The position numbers were made by a program, and so were the translations under genes. A DNA stretch of 61,427 bases, counting the filler, from Choristocarpus tenellus KU-1152 (Eukaryota; Protista; Phaeophyceae): assembly GCA_964200185.2 (NCBI GenBank). It is 12 parts of 12 records of this genome, joined end to end, with 100 filler letters (N's around TTAATTAATTAA, not from the genome) between each part and the next. Parts side by side here need not be neighbours in the genome. Positions count along the whole stretch, not along the records: positions 51,047 to 57,195 come from CAXNAD020008826.1; positions 57,296 to 61,427 come from CAXNAD020016054.1; 10 more parts are not named here. The stretch is one strand, 5' to 3'. Each line of letters starts with the position of its first letter. Within the stretch, counting starts at the first letter, position 1. The notes under the pieces were generated by a model that had not been told where the DNA came from, searched no databases, and worked only from the letters and a program-made list of their open reading frames with translations. Shown here in pieces: positions 51,329-61,427 of the stretch.

Positions 51329-51520
51329 CAGCCGATTTCAAGAATTGAGGATGGAGCTTTTCATTGAGGATGGCTTGACCCAAAATTGACTGGGATAAAG
51401 TGTCGATATATATATATTTGTTGCATTTAAAAAAAAAGCATATCGATACTTTATCCCATTCAATTTTGGGTCAAGTCTATCCTCAATGAAAGGTCCATCC
51501 TCAATTTTTGGAATCGGCTG
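51329..51520. mobile_element. Palindromic MITE family E, full length
   Basis: About 80-bp arms: aa|CAGCCGATTTCAAGAATTGAGGATG...GTGTCGATAT / ATATCGATACTTTATCCC...GGAATCGGCTG|tt. Confidence 0.88.
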
Positions 51521-51612
51521 TTTTCGGTTGAACAACTAACTTACTTTCAATCGTCGTCATTCATTTTCACCTAACTTCTGATTTCCACAACTCTCTCTAT
51601 TTGTTGTTAACC

Positions 51613-54600
51613 ATGACCTCCTCTTCCTTGTACACCAAGGAAGTCCTGTTGTTGCTCTTATTGCTGGTCATGCAAACCGTTTTGGTTGTGATTAGAGCAG
51701 TGGACGTCACTGTGTTCGATCATAATGATAATAGTAGCACCACTCTTCACACCTACCCTGAACGTGAAATTCGACTTCGTGGGGAGCCCAAGTCTGGTAC
51801 GACCTGGATGAGTGTGATCGTATGGATAACAGCTCTTAAACTATGCGGAAGTCCTTCCAACCAAAGGTGGTGGTAGTGGTGGTGGTGTCCAGAAGTTGGA
51901 TGTAAGAGGCTTCAACCAGATTTGGGAAGAGGGGTGGATGTGTATAGGCCGTAGGTCTGAACCTATCTTCTGTCATATTCAAAAGGTACTTCCCTTTTCG
52001 TGCGCAATACTTTCGTATTGTGCTATATCTTTCATCCTTGGACAGCATTTAGGTGTAAGAAGTGGGTCCTAGCGAAGCACAACCGGAATACGTTTAGATG
52101 TCCGTACTGGTGTTTGTTTAGAACGTCGTTAACAAACCTTACAACAAAAGAGGGTCGAGTCTCTCCCAAATGCTTTCCCTCCTAGTCAACTACTCCAGCC
52201 GCACCAGTATATCAACATTTATCGCAGTGCAATGAACATCCCGAGAAGGTCTTGACTCTATCAATTTCGAGTAGCGATGTGCAGATGTGAACCCAGTAGT
52301 AGACTTTAGACTCCTTCGCAATATTATCATCAAAGCTTCGCCAGCAACACCTGGAAGGACTGTTTTACATATTTCCTCGGGTAAGGCATCCATTTTTCAT
52401 TTTCTCAGCAGTCAATAACAAGCAGTCACTTCTGTGAGTGAAAGTATCTTAGAGGGTACGAGTTTTGCCCTGTTTGTCTATTTGGGGCTTGGCTTCCCAA
52501 AGGTTTTTTAGGACGTTTTCCTACTCCGAAATGTTTCGGAGCAAGTCAAATGTATACGTTATTAAAAGGTTTGTCCGGAACAAGGATATTGACACTTCTC
52601 AACAAACACGATAGCCAAAATTACATTAAAATCGGAACAATGGATTTTTGCCCCCAAACGGACGCGCCCCTCTAAGATACTTTGACTCCTGTCCGTACTG
52701 ACAGTGCAGTGAACAGGGAACCCCCCTGTGTTCAGAATATCCTTGGGGAACCCCGCAGATTATTTTTTTCTCTTTTTCGAACGCATGTTTAAAGACCCGA
52801 CCCTATCCCAAACTCCGAGTATGTGTTGAAAATATCCTGAACCGGCAAAGTAAGGATTCTAGAAGAAGTGTGGATTAATATACTGTGTACTGATGAACCA
52901 CATCTCAAGGATCCACCACTTTTCAATTTCTCACACTCATTTTCGACAATCCTACTCTTACCCTAATCCTAATCCTAACCTGTTTGTGGAAAATATCACT
53001 GAAGATAACCCTAAACTTCGTTTCAATGAGTGAACACGTATGATGGGGGGTTCCCCTGTGAATTTCAATGGCCTGGCAATGTCTAGGCAAGAACTACCTG
53101 AGCTTTTCTTGGCCAAAGACAGGTCAGATTTGGAATGAAGCGGATATGCAAGGGACACTAACTGTCATTTTGCTGTGACCCAAATTTGATATAGCATGTG
53201 TTGTAGTGGGAGAACGAAAGATGGGTCACAACAAGCACTGAAGCAATTGCATGGTTTCTGGACGATGACATATTCCCCAACAGATCTTCCCACAACAACC
53301 TGCAGGTGTTCATTAAAGGGGGGCAGGCACAGTTTTTCCATGTCAAGAAATGGCCAAAGGTTCGTCGTGTTCAGGGTGAGTGCTGTACAGATGAAGGTTT
53401 TGTAAGGACAAGAATTTTTGGTATCCTGTATTCAATCTGAATATAGAGTTCGTGAGGAATAGTGGGTTCTGTTGCCTGGGGGTCTCCAATATGCTCCACT
53501 AGAGCTATTATACTAAATCAATTGTCTCATCTTTCAACTTGGAATATATTTGTCGTAAGGAAGTCTTGTATAATCGCCATTGCATATACATAACATTCAG
53601 GATCGTCGAAGGCATATCATACCTGGGTTGATATACTGTGGTGCCCCAAGATCTCATGGCTTGGGTGTGGACCCCACAATCCCATGCCTAAATGATGTGA
53701 AACCCACATGTGCCGAGCTGGAAAGGTTTCTCCCAACTGACTGCGAAATGAGCAACTACAATGCACGGTAAGGATGCAAAAAAAATTCTTGATATTCCAC
53801 CTGATTGCCTGCTGGAACACCAAGTTCTAGACGTAACAATACCTGACACTGGGATCCGGAACATTAATGAGTAAAAATGAGAAAGATGTGTAAATATAAT
53901 TAGGATTGCTTTGAAGTGTCATGTATGTGCATGCTCCCGACACGAGAGAGATGGGATCGTGAATATCTACCAGATGCAATTGTCATCCTGAGGTAGTGCT
54001 CACCTATTTCGTTTTCTACTCTGGCAAAGCTCAACCTCTATACTCTACCTGGCTAAAAAAACGGCAAGAGTAAAATGCCATGTCCTACAGGGCTTTGAGA
54101 TCTTAGGTTTAAATATCATGTCCTACAGTGCTTTGAGATCTTATGTTCTACCGTAGACTATTCAAAATTGTTGTGACATGGTTAGCCAAAGTGAGTCTTT
54201 GGTCATGTTGAGACAAATGTATGGTCTGAGGACCTGTCCTTCAGAAGTGCACCTGCATACACAGCAATAGCCTAAGGAATTTGATCTGAGGAAAGATAGA
54301 AACATCATGCATGTCTTAATTGGTCCATCCATAGTGGAAATGGGCCTCCAAATTTGCCAATCGCTGCTGCTATGGGATCTGTAAAACGATTTTTAACTCA
54401 CTTCCTCATCAACCCTCCTACCCCCTCGCCTACTTCCATTTCCAGTGAGATTGTCATTGTTAGAGATCCCAGAGACGTGGTGATATCGGAGTACTTTTAT
54501 CTTCGTATCTCAGACAGTATGGAACAGTTCATCAGGACAAGGTTTGAGGTAAGCTCTCGTTCCGTGAGAGAGTAGTCTTAATGACACAACAGTGGAGAGT

Positions 54601-56255
54601 TCTCACCATACTATCCATCCAATGCTGTGGTAGGGCAAACTCATGACATACACCCAATGTGATTTAACCATCCCCGTTCATGAGTTAATAGTAATCTATT
54701 TTGATCGATAATTTGATGGACATGTTCCCACTGCAGTTTCCAATCCACGTGTATTATTGGGCACACACGGATGGTTACCTTTAGGTGTCCTTGGAAGGTG
54801 GAGGCGAATAACTGCCCTTATTATTGTCTTGATCCCCAAGTCAAGCAACGTCAGCCAATGGGTATTCATGACCAAACCTACCTGGCAATGGCGTACAACC
54901 TTGAGGGGGAATAACATTCCAAAATTGTGGTTGAAGTAGACGGCACTCAGCTTACGATGGGTAGAATTAATTGCTACTCTCTCACAACAGTTGGTATCAG
55001 TGTATCAACTCTTGACGATTTCCAAACTTCTCCCCTTCTCTCTTCATTAGTCTATCACCTCCTGGATACGTCAACGGTGGGTGTGGCACACAACTGTCCT
55101 CAGGGACTCTTCACTGATGCTCTACTACGAAGATCTCCAGGTATGTGCATTGTTTTCAGTTGCAGAATGTACAACTGATTGGTAAATTTCTGTCTCATGT
55201 ATGTTCCACTTCCACTAAAGAAATGTATGCTCTGTATTCACCCCACTTGGGACACAGTTTGCTACCGGGACACTGGTTGGGTGTCAAGCGAATGTGAGGA
55301 TTGGATCAATATTTTAGAACATTTTTAGAACGGTTCTGTTCCCCTTCCTGAACATAAGAGTTGACTCGATATGTCCTTGTAGCTAGTACAAAACATATGA
55401 GTAAATATATACAGATCAAAGACAAGCTTCAGTGAGGATGTCACTGCAGCAATTGTTCCCGTCTTACCTGCTTATGCCAGAGATGGAAAAGACCACCGGC
55501 TATATTTCTGGGTCATCTGTATTACACGCGTTGCCATGAGTATGTGCTGATCATTGGCCTTCTCTTCTAAGGAATGGGAATGTTTGGTGCCAGTGGCTAT
55601 TGTAATTTGAGGTCTTGTTGGTATGATGTTTTCCTGATGAAGTTGCTGACTTTGCTGCAGGTATCCGAGGTTCCATACTGGACCTTAGCTTCTTGGTTCT
55701 CGTTGAATGCCACCAGTGCAGAGATTCACACCATTGTGGAGGCAACGTCGAAAGAAGCATTGCTGACTATGCAAAGAGAGGGTGGTATCAAACAAGAACA
55801 CGGTCGTAATCCCCAGGTGGTGTGATAGTGGAAGCCAAATTTGCAGCTCAAATGCCAAGTATTGATGCTTGAAATTCACAAATATTACACTGTCCATGAT
55901 TTTTCTGCAAACATGTATTTCAAAGTACCTACTCCAATGTGTTACATCTATAGCTTCATCTCAAGTTGGCGTGTGGTATAGGAACGATTTTACCTACTGA
56001 CTTGCTGTCGTATTTCTTTGGCGGACATTGAGGTGATATTTGACCAAGGTCTATGAAGTATATGACGACTGATGGTCAACAGAAATAATAAATCCTCCAC
56101 CTTTTCTCCATGTTCAAACATAGGTTCGAGTCAGCACAGAGAGAAATTTCAACGACTACAATCTCACAACAGAGACAATAGCCTGGATGAACTACACAAT
56201 GAGCAGCTTGTTGCCAGGGATTTTGCTGTGTAAATATGGGCTGGAGACTGCATGA
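51613..56255 (+). CDS. Sulfotransferase with N-terminal signal or anchor, 7 exons, complete
   Basis: Exons 51613-51866, 53195(or 53207)-53375, 53601-53767, 54446-54548, 55051-55140, 55661-55816 and 56124-56255, all GT-AG and phase-compatible. 5'-PSB motif PKSGTTW, 3'-PB motif RDPRDVVIS, LYYEDL and IVEATS. Confidence 0.9.
52436..52688. mobile_element. MITE family A in sulfotransferase intron 1, CTGT target duplication
   Basis: ctgt|GAGTGAAAGTATCTTAGAGGG ... CCCTCTAAGATACTTTGACTC|ctgt. Confidence 0.9.
52714..53058. mobile_element. Single-copy TIR element (family F), TGAA flanks
   Basis: tgaa|CAGGGAACCCCCC ... GGGGGGTTCCCCTG|tgaa. Confidence 0.6.
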
Positions 56256-57742
56256 AATGCTTGCTACGATATTGAGCGCGTGCTATGCTGGTGCAAGCTG
56301 AAAGGAATTTAGAGTTTGTGTTTTTCTGGAGGAAATTATGGTGTTGACCTAAGGTTGTATTGGAAGACGTTTGCTTCTCTGTGTAGTGGATGAAGGGGTA
56401 AGGTTTGGCCCTTGGATGTACTTTCATCACTTTTTTTCGTCATTGTTTTATATTTATGATGTGGTGTTAGGGGAACCTTTGTGTACCATCCAATGTGACA
56501 GTGATCTGGCTTGATTTCTAGTGTTGTGTATTGTGGAGATTGAGTTGATTCGATTCCAGTTACTTGTACTTTCTTCTCTAGAATATGCCGAGGAGGGACC
56601 AAGAAAACGTCAAGGACACAATCAATCACTGCAGTTCCAAAAGCATCTCTAAGCAGTGAAAGCCATGAATATGACCTCTGTCCTGAGTGTTTCATTTACC
56701 ACAAACATCTTAACTAGCAGAAGACGCATGGTGTCAAGATTATGCTTGACCATTTGTGAGAATATGATTTGAAGTATTATTTTATGTACGCACAGAAGAT
56801 AATGCGGGACAGAAGTAATCGGCGGACTATTAGAGTTGGAGTGTTTCTGACGTGTACTAGAGATACGTCGAGTCATTTGGTATTCTGAGTCATTAAGTAT
56901 AAGGACTGGTGAGCCCCACCTAGTGAAGGTGTCTCACTCTCTTCTTAACTGTGGTACAAGTTAATAAACAATAATATTCCTAGTTGTGTGGGACAACAGA
57001 TCGTCAAGGACAGCTTAACATGCTATAGCACCCTATTAAGCGTGCTTGCGTAATTATTTTACTTGGATTTTAGCTATCACCAGGAAGGAATCAAGATAAA
57101 TCATGATGCCCAGATCAAGAATCGATCCCAGTCTTAACTCCATAGATGACGGAATGGATGAAATGACTATGACCCGGGAGGGGGATGTGATACATNNNNN
57201 NNNNNNNNNNNNNNNNNNNNNNNNNNNNNNNNNNNNNNNTTAATTAATTAANNNNNNNNNNNNNNNNNNNNNNNNNNNNNNNNNNNNNNNNNNNNCAATG
57301 TTGGCAACATCTCCGCCGAAATCTGGGGGGGGGGGGGAAGGAGGAGACTACAAACATATCCAAAAAGAAGTGTATGTATGCTGTGTTGCACCAAAATAGA
57401 GGGCATCAGATCAGATATTCAACAGATCAACTACAGAATTGTGTCCCCTGAGCACACCCTGCCTGCCAAGAACAACCAGCCCTACCTTAGTCACAAGCGC
57501 TGGTCCCAATGCTCTGAATATCCCCCAACCCTGATACATGACAAACTCTTTTGAATTGTCACTGTCATAACCTTCACAGTGGCACGTTCATTTACCCAAA
57601 TACCTCCCCAGCCTATCATCAACACCACCCCAATCACACATTGGATACACTCCTTCCACAAGAAAAATAATCAACAAGACTCATTCCGATCATAACCACC
57701 ATCCCTCCAGCAAGCTCACCCCATGAAAAATGTCGGCGATAC

Positions 57743-60700
57743 CTCCGATACCCAGCAAGTGCACAGGCCGGTCTCGACGCACCATTGACATGGTCTTTGT
57801 GACCACCTCATGCATAGACACCTGACCAATCCAAGGCCAGCATATCAGCCTGTGGATGCTTGTTGTGCATAGTCTCTTGGTATGACAGTGGATGAGAAGA
57901 TGGACAGAATGAAAAAAAAAGAGCAGATACTAATTCAACACAACGTACTGATAAAAGTGAAGTGTCCTGGCCATTACATTAGCCTCGATGTACTTAGATC
58001 CAGGCAAAGGAGGGGACAGGAAGGCAAGGGGAGGGAGGGAGGGAGGGGGACAAAGACCTTTGAAAAGGTTACGTAACATGTGACTCAATTAACATGTAAT
58101 ATTGTATAATGGCACTTTGGCATAGAGTGCACCATTGCAACCCCCCCTAACAACACCAGTTAAAAAAAAGGAAGGGGGGGTTGGGGTTGGGGTTCTTTTC
58201 CAAATAAGTTTATTTAGTTAGAAAAAAAAGAACCATTTATCCTCGCTGCCCTCTCACCTGCACCACAGTATCAGTACTGTACAATATTGCAGAGATATGC
58301 AGAAACACAGTTTTTAAAAACTCAACACAAGCGCAACAACAAAGAACCAATCAACACGAAAGGCGGGAAGCAACCCACCAATCAGATAGTCCCCATAACT
58401 GCAGCACAACCCACCCACCTTGTCAGCTCCAAGACTGCCTCCGATAGCTATCCCAAAGAAGGGCTGTGAGTTAATAAACTTGACTGCCTCCTCTCTCAGG
58501 TCTGGGTAAACACCTCCTTGGACTATTCCATACAGCTACAAGAAAAAAAAAGATAACAAAACGAGGTAGCAGGGGGATGGAGAGAATCACCCACGATTAT
58601 CATCCTTGCAGGTATACAATGTATATATACATAACGCATAATACATACATACGTATGTGCTAATACAATACGCTGTGCCGAATCAGGTTGCTTCCAAAAA
58701 TGAAAAAAAAACTAGTTAAGCAATGTGCTTGTTGTCATACAACCTCAAAAAATCGATTCATAGTTCCATCATAATAAAGTTGAAATAACGGCACTTTCTA
58801 CCACTTCAATTGGCAGAGAGGTTTTGACAGGGGGCAACACAAGGAGGGCAACTTAACTCAACTTAACTTGAGTGGCAATCACGTCCCCATCTCTATTGGT
58901 CCATGCTATGGTTCTACTAGCCGGTGCATAAACACTTCATCCCTGCACAACACTCTCAACCCTTCGAGCACACCAAGCGCTACCCCGTTAGCTTCGCCAG
59001 TACCCAACATTTCCGGGCAGAACTATTTCTGTTCTCAGAGTTGGTTACAAGAAGGTTGTCAATCCCACAGAAGGAGCCAGTCTAACCAAAACCCAACCCC
59101 CCCCATTCCCACATATGCAACAAGCTCAGAACGCCCCACCTCCCCAATTAAAAAAACAACAACGGGACTCTACATTAAAAATATCATCCACGCTACACTT
59201 TGCCGAGTTCATCCACCAACACCCATTTATAAAAACTGTGATTTGACACAACTGACACTTTCTGCTGTGGAGCCAGCCCAGTCATGAGCCCCTCTGGGGA
59301 AAAAGAGATTCGCTTGCGGCTGCACTGCACTAGTGTGTAACCTCCATTGCCTCCACCGCTAGCATTAAATAGACGAATACTACCTCTTCCATCATATAAC
59401 ACACTGCCTACCCATCTCATCTCTCAGAACAAAAGAAACAGTGTGTTGTGTCCAGAGTGATGCACAGTAGAGCACACAAATGAATTCATAGGATGCATCA
59501 TGAGTAGTAGCAGGGTAGGGTAACAGAGGGAGGAAAAAGGAATTAATATTGGGATCTACTGTACAATTGCACAACGCCTCCCTCTACCTGAAAACTGTAC
59601 AGTGCCCTACCCCTCACTACCCATGCTCTGCTACATATACATGTACTTTCTGCAATCATACTCCCCACAACACAACAAAAACTCCATCTGAAAGGTCCCC
59701 CTCAAAGAAAAATATAACATACATCTGCCCCTCCCCCTCCCCCCGAAAAAAAAAAAAGACGTTTTTGTCCATGAGGAGTCAGGTAGACACACAAGACAAC
59801 CCAGCCCTCACCGCCTGTGTCTCATCATCTCCTGCTATGAACTCCTTCAGGCTCCGTAGTGCCCAGCGATGAGTTCGTTGCATGGACTTCTCCGTGTATT
59901 CTTTGTCAACATGGAAAGGCGTGCACTCATCTGCAAGAGAGGTTTTAGGAGAAGAGTATTACAACATTTATGTCAACTTGGTACACTATAAAACAAGAGC
60001 AACATATTTTTAAAACACACGATTAGCACAAGGTACAAAAAAAAAGAAAAATAATACATCTCATATAGTGCAAAACATGCAGTAAGGAAAAGAACAGAGG
60101 AAAGGGAAGTGAAGGATAGACAGACAGACACCAAGGGTAAAAGGAGGTAGCAGATACAAACAAAAAGGGAGTACATTTTGGGATAAATAACAAGGGAGGG
60201 GGGAACAGGTCTCTCTTACAGATAGAGCAGAGGGTAGATCAACACATTGTGGCAACCCTTTTCAGAGCAAATTTTATCTCCAGTCATCTCAACAGTTGCC
60301 CTGCTCTATCTGTACAAGAGAACTGTCCCTCTCTCCCTCGTTTTTAATCCCAAACGTATCTCCTCCCTGTTGGTACCTGCTACCCCTTGCACTCTCCCCC
60401 CAGGTTATCTCCCTTAATGGTTTCCCCCACCAAGGCTCTTGGAGTACTGCCATCCTTTCCCCCAAAATGGCGTAGACAGTTCTCCATTTTTGGCATAGGA
60501 GGCTGTGACCCACTTACCTCCTCCTGGTTGCTGTGGACCATGATACCCCTCACTGCAGTGTCTATATTCTTGTTCCAAAGTTGAAGGCCTTTGTATATTT
60601 ATAGCATCTGATAGTGAGAACTAGCAGTACAACATTGTACACTATAGTAGTAACACGCCTGATTCCTTTAGCAAACCAAAAGCATGCTTATTTTGATCAA

Positions 60701-61300
60701 ATGTGTGACCATTCCATCAAACAGTAACCACATGTGAGGGGGGGGGCTTTCGTACAGCAAAAGGCATGCGCTTTTCCCTGTACTCCCTAAGCTGTACTTC
60801 TCTCCTCTAGAACTCTCCTCTACATCGAACACAAAGGTATCTATTTTGGCTGGTGGAACAGTACGACAACCTAATACTACAAAACCTACCTACAACGTCA
60901 TTAGCGCACCTTGTACCAACAGGAACAACCTCAGTACACACAATTACTATTGCACTGAACCACCATTCTCAGTCAAAATGAATCTAAGATTTTCCCCCAA
61001 ATTAGTCAGCAACATTCCCAGAGAAGATCTGTGCTAGTTTGATTTCACTGGTCCTGTACATATCTAAATCTACACTGCTGCAAAAGACAGTATTTAATCT
61101 CATTGCAATGGTTTGGACATTCAACGGCGAAGCTGCACTGCTCTTGATCTATCCCTCCTTCTCACCAAGAACCACCACAAAATCTGCCCCCAGTTCTCGC
61201 TGTATCTGGATGGATGACTCAGGGGTAAGTGTCTTGATGGAGCAGTCATAGTAGCTCTTGAACCGCGCACCCTTCTCCCCAATGTGAACAAGACTTGGCT
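57743..61300 (-). CDS. tgt: Queuine tRNA-ribosyltransferase (TGT), bacterial/Chlamydia-like type, four internal exons
   Basis: Exons ~61300-61166 (GARFKSYYD..LTPESSIQIQRELGADFVVVL), 59930-59812 (DECTPF..SMQRTHRWALRSL), 58535-58419 (LYGIVQGGVYPDLREE..GIAIGGSLG) and 57821-57743 (RPVHLLGIG). GT-AG, phases match. Confidence 0.93.
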
Positions 61301-61427
61301 CTTTCAAACCATGCATTTGTTTGTTGAAGTGATGCGGATTTCAGAGTAAATAGGGCCAAAAGTACAGGGGGGGGGGGGGGGCAGGAGGCTGGGAAAAAAA
61401 GAGTGAATGAACTGGACAGACAAGTTC

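Noticed and set aside
54079-54147. ~38-bp tandem duplication in a sulfotransferase intron
   Set aside because: Ordinary intronic slippage.
8018-61300. tRNA or translation-modification gene cluster (DPH3 + TGT)
   Set aside because: The genes lie on different contigs separated by artificial linkers.

Overview
Eukaryotic, intron-rich DNA, most likely a brown alga or close stramenopile (inferred from gene content, repeat style and TTAGGG motifs). It is not one locus. Twelve short contigs are joined by 11 artificial 100-nt linkers (44 N + TTAATTAATTAA + 44 N), so adjacency across linkers means nothing. Spliced genes reconstructed by hand: DPH3 and NDUFAF3 head-to-head; the last exon of a SUN-domain protein; an intronless expansin-like gene; the 3' part of a DDX60-like Ski2 helicase with a probable GC-AG intron; a complete 7-exon sulfotransferase; and four exons of a bacterial-type tRNA-guanine transglycosylase (TGT) with a Chlamydia-like GGSLG motif. 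The rest is decayed Copia and Gypsy fragments and more than 30 short non-autonomous DNA-transposon (MITE) copies. The strongest novelty candidate is a group of internally different MITE families that share one terminal signature (G-R-S-Y-S-AAA) and make variable 4-bp target-site duplications. No CRISPR array, rRNA or tRNA gene was found.
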